DNA of 64,000 nucleotides from Octopus vulgaris. Lineage: Eukaryota. How positions within the stretch are numbered: position 1 is the stretch's first letter; each line of letters begins with the position of its first letter. The stretch is taken from assembly GCA_951406725.2 (NCBI GenBank), contig OX597823.1:5952001-6016000 (forward strand). The letters are read 5' to 3'. Made by a program: the position numbers and the translations under genes. This document shows, piece by piece, positions 1 through 12,631 of this stretch. A model generated the notes under the pieces. It was not told the origin of the DNA, searched no databases, and worked only from the letters and a program-made list of their open reading frames with translations.

Positions 1-830
1 AACATCAAGTTGTAATCGTTAACATCATTGTTATGATTATTATTATTATTAAAAGGCATCTGTGCTGGTGGTACATAAACAGGCACCCACTACACTCTTG
101 GACTGGTTGGCATTTGGAAGGGCATCCAGCCATAGAAACCAAACCAAATTCAGACTGGAACCCAGTCAAACCATCTAACCCATGCCAACATGGAAAATGG
201 ATGCTAAATGATGATGGTGATGATGATTACTATCATCATCTCATGTCTTGAAGAGATTCTTGCAAGCTTTTGGTGCCAGATCCAGTGTGCCATTGCGTCT
301 CTATGGTGTGCATAGCATTGGCTTTTGGGGTGCAGAATTGTGTTTGTATTCTATATTTCTTCTGCTATTTTTTTGTAGATGTTTGTGTTGGTTCATTAAA
401 CCCTAATGGTTTAATCCTGCTAGTGATTCCATAGTTACCAACCAGGTGAAGGGGTTTTCTTTTGGATAGGGTTTAAAATGCTTCTGTATGTATGTGTGCA
501 TGCAGTATAATCCCAGGTCTGCTGGATCAGATCCACTCTTCAACCAGGCAATGGCAGCCTTTAAAGTTCTGTTAGGGGTGGAAAACACAATTACATCATT
601 GCTGTAATTATTGTTTCTACTTTAAGCACAAGTTCTGAAATTTTGTGGAGAGGAGCAAGGCAATTACACTGGCCCCCAGAGCTCAACTGGTGCTTGTTTT
701 AGCAACCCCAAAAGGCGGAAAGGTGAAGTTGACCTCCGTAGAATCGTCTTTGGCATAATGATAATAATGATAATAATAATAGTAAAACTAGTGTGAAAAA
801 AATGATTAGATTTATGGAAGCTGGCCTTAC

Positions 831-962
831 CGTTGAGATTTTCGTCTCTGATGTGTATTTATTCAAGATTGGGGTAAGTTCTCGCTTTCTTCGTTTTGCA
901 GCCTGAACAATCCTATATTCCAAGCTCACACCAACAGGAGTCAATTTGTCTCGTATATTTTC
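831..962 (-). CDS. Integrin alpha exon: ENIRDKLTPVGVSLEYRIVQAAKRRKRELTPILNKYTSETKIST
   Basis: tcttttaag acceptor, gtaagg donor, 132 nt; RDKLTP and LxPIL thigh motifs. Confidence 0.94.
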
Positions 963-991
963 CTTAAAAGATAAACAAAAATAAAGAAACC

Positions 992-1032
<41 letters not shown>

Positions 1033-1394
1033 CGTGTGCATTCACACATACATATTGATAAACATTTTACAAATACAAGTAAATGCTTCACTGCAAAACT
1101 TTACTAAAGTGCTCAATGAATTTGTCTATATTATTGCAACTCATACTGAATTCAAAGCTATTTATTCAAGAAATCAAATTAAGGCACATATTCACACACA
1201 CACACATATATATAACTCCAAGAAAGTTAGAGGTTGTGAATCCAACCCACTAAGGGATAATATCTATCCAATATACTGCTGGTAGAATACCCAAGTATTA
1301 ATACACAAGTGGTTTTTTATTACTAAATATATATATATATAATCATCTTGCTACAGTCAAAATTTGTGAAGCATGACTGTCACCACTACTACAT

Positions 1395-1437
1395 GAACCT
1401 GAAGATTGCAGAATTTAATGCATGAAAGTACTAGTTT
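1395..1437 (+). ncRNA. Putative minimal hammerhead ribozyme
   Basis: GAAC-CUGAAGA-UUGCA...UGCAU-GAAA-GUAC-UA/GUUU with palindromic AGUACU stem III. Confidence 0.5.
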
Positions 1438-1692
1438 AATCAGAATGAACATTTAACATTCTACTATTTTATTTTATTATATTAATTATCTTATAATATA
1501 TCATTATAAGATTGTAACCCTGATTTCAAATTCTGACGTGAAAATCAGACAGTTCTGAAAAATCGGTATTTTTTGGCTATAACTTCTAAAAATGCTTTAT
1601 AGTTAATGATACTGCTAGTTGTAAATAAACGTTCAGACAAGGTTGGAATTCCTTTTATTAATATATTCTTCTATACACAATCATACACACCC

Positions 1693-1748
<56 letters not shown>

Positions 1749-1985
1749 ATATATAGGTTATGTTTAAAATAAAAATTTAGATAGGAGACTTTAAATTGTA
1801 ATATCTAAATCTTCCTTTGGGTATGTTCCTGGTGTGCCTTGAGAGCAAGTTCACCACATGTGGCTACCAAGCATCACCCACGGTACTGCACTTTAGTCAC
1901 AGGATCCACACAAGGAATTCCTCGGTGCATGTTTAGTATATATTAAATAATTGATAGGGAAGACAAAGTACTGTAAGTTTTATTT

Positions 1986-2360
1986 AGGCACAGGAGTGGC
2001 TGTGTGGTAAGTAGCTTGTTTACCAACCACATGGTTCCGGGTTCAGTCCCACTGCATGGTACCTTGGGCAAATGTCTTCTACTATAGCCTCGGGCTGACC
2101 AAAGCCTTGTGAGTGGATTTGGTAGACGGAAACTGAAAGAAGGCCGTTGTGTGTGTGTGTGTGTATATGTTTGTGTGTCTGTGTTTGTCCCCCCCCCACC
2201 ATCGCCAGACAATCGATGTTGGTGTGTTTACGTCCCCGTAACTTAGCAGTTCAGCAAAAGAGACTGATAGAATAAGTACTAGGTTTACAAAGAATAAGTC
2301 CTGGAGTCGATTTGCTCGACCTAAGGACGGTGCTCCAGCATGGTCACAGTCAAATGACTG
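1986..2360 (+). repeat. tRNA-derived SINE family A
   Basis: A/B-box head tggctgtgtggta...ggttcagtccc, ccttgggcaa core, internal (TG)n, tail ggtgctccagcatgg...tgactg. Confidence 0.85.
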
Positions 2361-2462
2361 GTCTTACATTTGCTCTAGGGAACCGTGCAGATGTAAGTGA
2401 AAATGATTGTCATGCTAAATAAAGCTTACAGGTACACTCTGTCATCCCTATCAACTATTTAA

Positions 2463-2463
2463 T

Positions 2464-2504
<41 letters not shown>

Positions 2505-2521
2505 CATACACACACACACAC

Positions 2522-2568
<47 letters not shown>

Positions 2569-2587
2569 TATATATATATATATATAC

Positions 2588-2657
<70 letters not shown>
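2463..2657. repeat. Compound (CA)n/(TA)n microsatellite, representative of many in the window
   Basis: Direct inspection. Confidence 0.95.
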
Positions 2658-2662
<5 letters not shown>

Positions 2663-3199
2663 TAATCCAAACATGAAAACACAAAAAAAAAAACACAACA
2701 ACGCGAGGACATGGAACAAGTATAGTGTTATTGGATGCTCAGGAAAGGAAAGAAAGAAGGAGGATTTAACGCGTTGAGCGGAGCTCTTCGTCAGAAACAT
2801 AGAAAAAAGGAAAGATCCAAGGAAGGGAAGATGGAGGGGGAAAAATCGCCAACGATACACACACACACACATATATATATTGGTGCTATTATGCAAAAGT
2901 GTTGTAAGTCCAAAATGTCGCTTTTTCAGAAAACAAAAAATAGTTTCACCATTCCATAACAAACTGTTGTCCTAGACTTTGACAATTTTTGATATCTTTT
3001 TTGCATCTGAAGCAGCTGAAGATACAATAGTTTGACCAAAAGAACTGACAATTGCAAGCAAAAATATATATTGAAAAAAAAAATGCATTTGACCAAGTTT
3101 GGACATACAACAGTTTAACATAATAGCAACAATACACACACACACATATATATGGGGAGAGAGAGAGGGAGTGAGACATACACATACACCCGCAGAAGA

Positions 3200-3485
3200 G
3201 AAAGCAAGTCAACCCCCGACACCGAGAGCATCAACGGATTGATGAATGCGCATCCAGGCTCAGCGGTTGCATTGGAAGAAGTCGGGGACAGGAAACAGGA
3301 AGAAAGAGTGAGAGAAAGTTGGGGCGAAAGAGTACAACAGGGGTCGCCACCACCCCCTGCCAGAGCCTCGTGGAGCTTTAGGTGTTTTCACTCAATAAAC
3401 ACATACAACGCCCGGTTTGGGAAGTGAAACCGCAATCCTCCGACCACGAGTCTGCTGCCCTAATCACTGGGCCATTGCACCTCCA
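3200..3485 (-). repeat. tRNA-derived SINE
   Basis: Reverse strand tggcccagtgattagggc...ggtttcacttccc head followed by a unique body. Confidence 0.6.
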
Positions 3486-3678
3486 CTTGGTGCAGCTGCT
3501 GTCTCTCCAGACCTCAGTCAAACCATCCAACCCATGCCAGCATGGAAAATGGACGTTAAATGATGATGATGATGATGATGTATAATCAATTGGTTGTCCA
3601 TAAATAAAAAGGACATTCACGGTCAGTTTAAGGAATAGAGCGAACCCAGCCATGCCAGATCTTAAGCAAATAGAATAC

Positions 3679-3827
3679 CTTGAGATAAGCCTGGTGTCGG
3701 ACAGATTTGGCTTCACCTTTTACTAAAAGGAATGTTTGAGTCTTTGAGATCTCATTGCCAGCTTCCAAGTAATAAACTCTGTGAGTTTTGTTATTCAAGG
3801 CATCTAAGGTCCATTTTACTTCCAAAC
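3679..3827 (-). CDS. Integrin alpha exon: (R)LEVKWTLDALNNKTHRVYYLEAGNEISKTQTFLLVKGEAKSVRHQAYLK
   Basis: ttttttcaaag acceptor, gtattc donor, 149 nt, phase 1-0; in frame with both neighbours. Confidence 0.9.
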
Positions 3828-5443
3828 CTTTGAAAAAAGAATCAAACAAGTAAGGAAAATAAATATAAATATAAATATACATAAATAAATATAAATATAT
3901 AAATAAAAAGGCAGTTTTTGTTGTTCTCTTTTTTGTTAGTTTATTAGTATTTTACATAATTTTTCTCATCGTTACAGGAATTAAATGAAGGGTATTTTTT
4001 TTAAAGTAATTATTTTTCCAGCTGTCAACTCTTTTAACTCTTGGCTTGTCATATTCATTTGTTTTTGTCATTTTTCCCCATTTATTTTAATTTTATCCAA
4101 TGTTGTTTGAATTAACACAAAAACTATTTTTATTGTAGTGTTTTATAGTTGTTTCTTTTTTATTGTAGCTCTATTCTTCTGCTACAACTGTTGTTTATTA
4201 ATTTTGAAATTTGAAGAAATTATCTTTTTTTCAGGCATAAACCAGTGGAAAAACAAATGAATGAATTTATCTAACAACCCACTACAAACTATGTTTCTTC
4301 ATCTTGGTCCCTCAACTATCAATGGGGTCATAGGGGCTGTTGTCATGGAACACTGTACATCAGTCCCAATCTAATGCAGTTGTGTGCCAGAGCTTATGCT
4401 TCCGATAAAGATTTTCTTGATGTTGTTCCTCCATCTTTCCCTCAGTTCCCACTCCTTCGTCGTTTCTTGAAGAACGGTCTTTGGAACGCCATTGGATCTT
4501 TTTATATATGGCTATAATACCTCAGTTCTTCTTTTCTTTTATCATTCTGAGAAAATCCATCTTTCTTCTTTACATAGAAGTAAACAGGGTTTTTGTCAGC
4601 CAGGTAAACTGGAGTAAGCAGAGTTATATTCCTTGTTGAAATTATCATTATTTTAGGTTTATTTTTGCTTGCTTTTGTGAGATGGGTCTTATTGCATCCT
4701 AATATGGTCATCAACAGCAAGACTAAAGAATTCCTCTTCTTCTGTATGGGCATCTTTCTCTTCATAGTTACTGCTCTCCTTGACACGCTGCCTGCATATT
4801 GGCTTGCAGAGGTCATGTCTTGCATTTATTCCTTCCATTTTTGGTATGGACTTGTCTATCTTAGGATACTGGATACTTCCCAAAATAGTGTATTCTTAGT
4901 TCATACTACTGAGTATGAAAATATCCCATGAGCTACATGTGCAATAGACTGTAATTTCTATCCAGGAAGAGAAACAGCATGGCACAAGTAGCCATCATGA
5001 TGGAAACTACTACAAGTTCTCACAGACCAGGGAAAACAGGTACCAAACTCCACTGGGGTGAGGAAATGGTGAAAGATCTTGCCTACCATATTTTATGGCA
5101 TACAGGTTGATGTAGTACATAATGTAAACATTTAATGTGAACACTCAAACATTGTCACAACCTTTCTAAATCCTGCCGTGTTTCACATGGAATTTCTGAT
5201 CCTCCAGATTAATCTTGGAGAATAATAAACTGATCTGTGGTCTTTTTGTATGCTGGGAAATACAGTCCATTAGGTTTAATGACCAGAAACTCTTGGTTCT
5301 GTAATTCAAATTGGCCCAAGAACATTTCAACATTGAACACAACTACAATTACAGCTATTTGTTAATGAATTATAGGAAATCAATGAGTAATAATTAAAAC
5401 ACATCATAATTATCTTATTTACTACATGCATTAATCATTTAGA

Positions 5444-5684
5444 TCAGTGGTTCCCAACCAAGGTCCATATCCCCCTTGGGGTTCCATATAAGAGTTCATT
5501 GTTAAAGTTCCAGAGCAAAGGATCATTATATTTGTATAATACACAAAGTATTTCAACAATTTTTTATCCAATTCCTAATTTAATAATAATAAAATATAAC
5601 AGGATTTCTCTTAACATGGGGGTCCAGTAGAGTAAAATAGGAATCAAAAGGGGCCACAGGCAAAAAGGGGCTGAGAACCACCAA
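5444..5684. mobile_element. hAT (MER-like) MITE
   Basis: cagtggttcccaacc...gagaaccacc termini flanked by atttaga; a related copy at 46941-47538 is interrupted by other sequence. Confidence 0.65.
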
Positions 5685-5768
5685 TTTAGAGATAAACCCT
5701 TTCTGGATTCAACCAAATCATTAAATTAGCAATTTAAAAATTTTATTAGAACAAAAATTAAAACTTAC

Positions 5769-5824
5769 GCAGCTTAGGTGGTAAATTTATTCCACCGTAA
5801 CGCAATTCTGTATGTATTTGCATG
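5769..5824 (-). CDS. Integrin alpha exon: (C)MQIHTELRYGGINLPPKL(R)
   Basis: catttctag acceptor, gtaagt donor, 56 nt, phase 2-1. Confidence 0.9.
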
Positions 5825-7299
5825 CTAGAAATGAAAGAGGAAAGAATTATATTAGAAATTGTTAAAAACTGGAGAATAAAAACTCTTTGCATAAAATGTC
5901 CATTTCATGCAAGGTTTCTAAAAGATATCTTTATGTCATTTGTAAACAACTCACATACTGGACACTAGCAGACTTTTGGGGTCATCAGGCTAGAATGTGC
6001 ACCATTTTGAAACCTTCTTCTTGGTGGAATTATTGTATACTGGACCCTGAGACAAGGCCCTACTTGCTAGATCGGCTGGTTACTAAGCTTCACCCAGTAA
6101 ACTTCTTGGCATTGCTCCTAATCTCGTTTTAACCAAATCCAGTCACTTGCCTCCTCCACAGTAGCTTCGATATTACTCATGGTGGTCTTTATGTTGAGTT
6201 AGGCCTAGGGACAACAGCCATCGGTTCATATCACTTCCAAGGAGTCCTTTACATCCAACTTCAACTGGACAATGTTCCACTTTCCAATAAAACCTTTGCT
6301 ACTGTTTGTGAATGAAACAATCCCTCGGTAGCTCATAGCATACTATCACTGATGGTTTTAGGTCCCTATATAGTCACGAAGTAACTCAGACACCTGCTTC
6401 CCTCTCTGACCTTTGACCCCGTAAATCATCAAGGATGCATCCTGTTCCAGTACTTGGCTGCTAATCCTTTTCATCTGAGTGGAGTGAAGCAACATGAAAT
6501 GAAGTGCCTTGCTTAAGAACACAATGCACTGCCAAGTCCAAGAATCGAATCTATGACACATTAACCACTAAGCCATACACACACACACACACCTTCATAC
6601 AATTTCATACACCCATGTCTTTATATACATTATATCGTACACACACAAGATTTGATTCTTATCTGTCACAAAATGTTTGAAGCCTTCAAGTGTCATCCCA
6701 GAGACCACTGATCATCATCATCATCATCATTTAATGTCTGTTGTCCATGCTGGCATGAGTTGGAATGGTTTGACCAGGGTTGGTAAAACTGGAAGGTTGC
6801 ACCAGACTCCTGTCTAATTTGACATGGTTTTCTACAAATAGATGCCCTTCCTAACGCCAACTGCTCCGAGAATGTAATGAGTGCTTTTATGTGTCACCAG
6901 CATGGGTGCCATTTGTGTGACATCGGTATCTGTCATGACTACGGTTTTGCTCAACTTGATGGGTCTTCTTCACAAGCTCAACATAATGCCAAACATCTCA
7001 GTCATTGCCTCTCAGAGGTCCAACACTCGAAAGGAAATCAACCATTTTGCTTCCCCAAGGCCCAACACTCAAAAGGAACTTAGCCTTTTGCCTCTGTGAG
7101 GCCTAACACTCAAAAGGGACTCAGCCACTTTGCCTCTGTGTGGCTCAATGCTTGAAAGGATTATAATAAAGATTATTGGGATAATGTAAATTAATAGAGA
7201 AAATTATTATCCATCCAAAATGTAGCAGTCATCACTCACTCTGTCCTTCCATCTACAGAAGGACTTTAATTATAATGTATAGAAGAATTGGCTACATAC

Positions 7300-7404
7300 C
7301 AGGTCCTGGGGTTTCCATTCAGTAATCGACAGGTTTTCTGTTCCAGATTTATCAACTGAGGATCCAGGTTTAATTCAGTTTGGACAGAAACTACAGGACG
7401 TGCT
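7300..7404 (-). CDS. Integrin alpha exon (thigh start): (R)ARPVVSVQTELNLDPQLINLEQKTCRLLNGNPRT(C)
   Basis: poly-T aag acceptor, gtatgt donor, 105 nt, phase 2-2; ARPVV motif. Confidence 0.94.
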
Positions 7405-7666
7405 CTTAAAAAAAAAAAAGAGTAACATTAGTATTGGTCTGAAAGTTTGGCACAAGGCCAGCAATTTTGGGTGAGGGGATAAGTTGATTACAATGGCTCC
7501 ACTGCTCAGCTGGTACCCATTTTAGCAACCCTGAAAGGAAGATAGGCAAAGTCGACTTTGGCAGAATTTGAACTCAGAACTTAATGAGAGACAAAATACC
7601 ACTAAGCATTTTGCCCAATGTGCTAATGATGTGGCCAGCTTTATGCCTTAGAATAACATTAATATT

Positions 7667-7997
7667 TCATTTTTAGATTTGGTTTGCAAGATTCTTTATA
7701 TGGGTTCATGTGTTGAAGCATATTCTGTTGTGTCTGGGGAGAGTCATTTTCTTTTTGTGCCTTATAATGTAACACACTCACCGGTAAAATTTCCACTTAT
7801 TTCTTATTTTTATTTTCCTAAAATTTTCGTTGCATCTTGCAACCTTTTCAATAGTTGTGAGTCAATAGTCTTGAAAAGGTTGCAAGACGCAACGAAAATT
7901 TTAGGAAAATAAAAATAAGAAAAAAGTGGAAATTTTACCGGTGAGTTTGTTACATAATAAGGCACAAAAAGAAAATGACTCTCCCCAGATGCAACAG
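7667..7997. mobile_element. Penelope-like pseudo-LTR foldback element
   Basis: About 129-bp inverted arms 7723-7851 / 7871-7999; flanking direct repeat AACATTAATATT (7655-7666, 7998-8009); minimal hammerhead-like motif in the arms. Confidence 0.65.
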
Positions 7998-8416
7998 AAC
8001 ATTAATATTGACTTCAAAGTTTGACACAAGGCCAGTAATTTTAGGGGAGGAGATGAGTTGATTACTCTGACCCCACTGTTCCACTGATGCTTATTTTATT
8101 GACCTCAAAAGGATGAAAGGCAAAGTTGACCTTGGCAGAATTTGAACTCACAACATAAAAATGGGCAAAATACCACTCAGTATTTTGCCAGGCATGGTAA
8201 CAACTCTGCCAACTCATCACCTTAGAGTAGCATTAACAGCTGATAGACCCCATCCCTAGTACATGAGTAACATTAATGTTAAGGGTGATATATATATAGG
8301 GGGCTTCTTTCAGTTTCCATCTAGCAGATCAACATACAAGGCTTTGGTTAGCCAAGACTGAAGCGATGAACACATGGCTGGAAAGCAAGCTTCTTAACCA
8401 TGCATGCACCTATCTA

Positions 8417-8456
<40 letters not shown>

Positions 8457-9560
8457 GGGGGAGAGTTTACAAAAACAAAAGATGAAGACAGGTAGTGTAC
8501 AAAACAAACAGATGTATTAGTATAAGACTCAGGAATAGAAAAAGTCTTTTATGTTTCGTACGCTCTTCTACAGATAGGACACAGAAAAAACAAGGAGAGA
8601 AACAAGGAGAGAAAAAAATGTGTGTAGTGGCTAACAATCTATCATTTTCAAGATATACAAGTGATATAGTTTCAGTTTTGGTCTGTACCAATTTCTGTTG
8701 ACTTGTAAAGTGAATGCCTCTGAAATGCAGCTGGAATACACACAGCTCTAAATGGTATCAAAGTAAGAGAAACCATATGGTAAAGAGTCTGAGACAATTA
8801 ATGTGAAATACTAGTGAGAACTAATCTCAGGGAGTGAGAGCCATGGGACACCAGAGAAAGCTCCAAATGATTCAAGATATACAAGTGATATAGTTTCAGT
8901 TTTGGTCTGTACCAATTTGTTATTTACTGGTCGATGATGATACATAGAATCAAAAGGTGTGGATGTGGCTGCGTGTATGTTATTACAAGAGTTCATAAAG
9001 AGATGAGAATAAATTCAAGACTTATGTATTTACTACATAGAAATATATTTTATTTACTGGTCGATGATGATACATAGAATCAAAATGTAGAACCTAGTTG
9101 AATGAAGTAATCTATGCAAGAAACTGCAGAGATAGGAAATGTAGAAATAACATCCAAGTGGTGGTTTTCAGTCATATAACACAAAGAAATAGATGGACAT
9201 AGCAATGACGTGAATGGCTCTAAATCTAATCAACTAAGAAGCAAAGAGCAGGGTTAGCAAGCTGCTTTTATTAATGGGGAATGCTAGGCATTCTAGAAAC
9301 TTCCAAGAGAAACACTAAGCTTCTTGAATAATTAAGGATCATGACTCATGACACAGATGCTTTATAGGGAAGTTACTCTATGATCTTTCTTGCAAGGGAG
9401 ATCATTCAACTATTCAGCTATGGAGACCACTACACCTCTTATAAAAAGGAAAAAAGAAAGCAAAAAACAAAAAAAAATATTTATGTCCTCCGACACAGTT
9501 ATTTTTAGCCCATCTTATAAATCTTGACTTTGGCATAATTATCATTATCATCATTATTTC

Positions 9561-10000
9561 AGGTGGCATGTTGCAGAATTGTTAGCACGCTGGACCAAAT
9601 GCTTACCGGTACTTCACCCGCCGCTACATTCTGAGTTCAAATTCCACTAAGGTCGACTTTGACTTTCATCCGTTCAGAGTCGATAAAATAAGTACCAGTT
9701 TGAATACTGGGGTCGATGTATTCGACTCATCCCCACCACCTCCAAGCAAAAATTTAAAATAATAATTATTATTTGTATTATTATTGAAGGTGGTGAGCTG
9801 GCAGAAATGTTAGCATGTTGGACGAAATGCTTAGCGGTATTTCGTCTGCCATTACTTCTGAATTTAAATTCCACTGAAGTCAACTTTGCCTTTCATCCTT
9901 TTGGGATTGATAATATAGGTACCAGTTGAGTACTGGGGATCGATGTAACCAACTAGTCCCCTCCCACAAAATTTCAGGCCTTGTGCCTATATTAGAAAGG

Positions 10001-10039
<39 letters not shown>

Positions 10040-10645
10040 TTCATCATTATATTATTATTATTATAATTATTATTAATAGGGCAAGCTGGCAGAATCGTTA
10101 GTATGCTGGGCAAAATGCTTAGCAGCAGTTTGTTCATCTTTACATTCTGAGTTCAAATTCCGCTGAGGTTGACTTTGCTTTTTATCCTTTTGGGGTCAAT
10201 AAAATAAGTACCAGTTAAGCACTGGGGTTAATATAATCGACCGAACTCCCTCCCCGGAACTGCTGGAATTGATGTACTTGACTGACCCCTCCTGCCAAAA
10301 TGTTGGGTCTTGTGCCTATAGTAGAAAGGATTATTATTATTGTATTCACCAAGTTCAAAAGGATGGTTGTGTCTTTCATCCTTTTTTGGGGTCAATAAAA
10401 TAAGGTATCAGTTGAGCGCTAGGGTTGATGCAATCAACTTGCCTCCCTCCCTCAAAATTTATGACTTTCTGCTAAAATTTGAAACCATCCTTACTTCCCA
10501 CATTGTAAGGTGGTGAACTGGTAGAATCGTTAATGTAACAGGCAAAATGCATTGTGGCCCCTTAACTAACGAAGTACAGGTGTTGATGTAAATGACTAAT
10601 CACACACTTCCTAAAAATTGCAGGCTTTGTGCCAATATTTGAAAG
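9561..10645 (+). repeat. Tandem cluster of tRNA-derived SINE family B (about 5-6 copies)
   Basis: Repeated aggtggcgagctggcagaa...ttctgagttcaaattcc...gactttgcctttcatcc...ggggtcgat units separated by (ATT)n. Confidence 0.85.
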
Positions 10646-12129
10646 AATAGTTAATTCCCACATTGTTCTATCCTGCATTGTCCCCTAATGTTTTTGTGAA
10701 CCCTGAGTAGAAGGAAACGAGAAAACATTACTGCTACAAGTACTATTGTTATCATCCTCATCACTATGGCTACTACTATTGTCCGCGTCATCATCATCAT
10801 CATCATCATCATCACTACAATTACTATTATTGTTGTGGTTGTTATTGTGAGGGGAGGGGATCCAGGGATTAATTTCATTGAGAAATTCTGAACCTTTTGG
10901 GTTTATGGTGTTTCAAAAAATCTTTCTTAAGTAGATGAGGAAATAAAACCTAAAAGGTCGCATTAATTTGTTAGGGTATTGTAAAGGAGCGGGAGGGGCG
11001 GCTGAGATGATGGGGGTGGTGGGGGTGCTTTCAATTGGTTTTATATTTGTTACATCCATCTGTCTGGTTGTTTTATTTTGTGTTGTAGTCTGTGTAGTAG
11101 GGAGAATCAAGGAAAGAGTAGAGAGAGAGAGAAAGAGAGAGAGGGGGAGAGATAAAAAGAGAGACACATGCAGAGGCAATGAATTCCCAAGGGAAACGGT
11201 TAAATATAAGCAGAACATAGGAAGGCAATGTGGAGGGGAAGGGTTGAGAAGCGAAACAGTTATCTACTGCAGTAGTAGTGAAATAGATTGATGGAAACAA
11301 TTCCGTTTATTCCAGAAGGGTTTAGGATGAAGCTTGAGAGAATTGTAAATAAAACAGGCTATTATGATAATCACCCTCCACCTCTGCACACACACACACA
11401 CACACACACATGGAGATGGATGTGAAGATAGACAGAGTTACATGGACATGAAGCAAAATCCCTTTATTGAAGAAAGAAGGATGAATGTTGTCAGCTGTGG
11501 ATGTGTTTACAATAAATTCAGTAAAATTTGCGAGAATTGAGGACAATCTTTGTTGGTAAGATTAGAGTTGAAGCAAGCGGAAAAATAGAATTAATTTTTC
11601 ATGAGGTGGTAAAATAAGTTTTGTACAAAGGTTTCCATCAATCAGACATTAAATTGTTCTGTTGTTGTTTAACCCTAGGTCAACCTTGATTGAGTAGAAC
11701 TAGGATCAAATGCATTCAGATCATGAATATATTTTTTGCTTGTGGCAGTCTGATGCAGATTTTATGTTGTTCATTGTGTTGCTTCCTTTCTCAAGATGGT
11801 TGGTTGTTGTTTGGGTGAGATGTGAAGACGTAGGGTTTAACTGAGGCAGATTTGGTTGTTAAGCTTACAGGACATGATTGGATGAGATGTCACTGATATT
11901 AAGATGGTTGGTGATTTTGAGAGAGACTTGTTTGTTATGACAGCAGGCTGTGATTCAGAAAGATTTGGTTGTATGATGATAGCAAGGTGTAAGTAATTGA
12001 GTGAGTTTTGTCCCTATTTCTGTTATGTCGAATGACTGCATAAAGGCTTCTTCGTTTGCTCCCTTTGGTTCTGGTCTATACTTAATGGCTAATTAGTTGA
12101 AACACAACAAACCAAAATGTTAAGGGTTC

Positions 12130-12631
12130 AAAAGAATACCCTCCATCAGGCATTTGCCATATCCTGAACACCTTACTTCCCTGGGCATGGATACACTGAA
12201 ACTCCGACGTCTGGCAGCTGACTAGGCAGACACCCATAAAATTATTAACCTTCTTACAAACAATGACTCTGAGCACCTTTTCAAACTCCACCCGTCTAAC
12301 ACCCGTGGACATATTTACAAAGTCAGAAAACAGCACAGCTCCCATGACTTCAGGAAACATTTTTTCACGCTGAGAGTTGCTGAAGCATGGAACAAACTGC
12401 CGGCATCAGTTGTTAGTTGTTGGAGCATTGCATCCTTCAAAACTTCCATGCTTTCTGAGATTCGCCAACACTACACCTGATTTTCTCCCCTCCATACACA
12501 CACAAGCATGTATCTGACTCATACATTGTTCGCTTTCCAGACATTTGTGCATTACTGCATGTACTTTATATGCACTTTCTGACAAGTTGTGGTGCACCTG
12601 AGCACTGTATACAATAATTTCATTATTATTA
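12130..12631 (+). mobile_element. CR1-group LINE 3' fragment
   Basis: Encodes YPEHLTSLGMDTLKLRRL...TRGH...FRKHFFTLRVAEAWNKLP; ends in (ATT)n. Confidence 0.85.

Noticed and set aside
280-600. Coding-looking minus-strand stretch (LKAAIAWLKSGSDPADLG)
   Set aside because: No integrin similarity and no splice-compatible boundaries; probably an unidentified retroelement scrap
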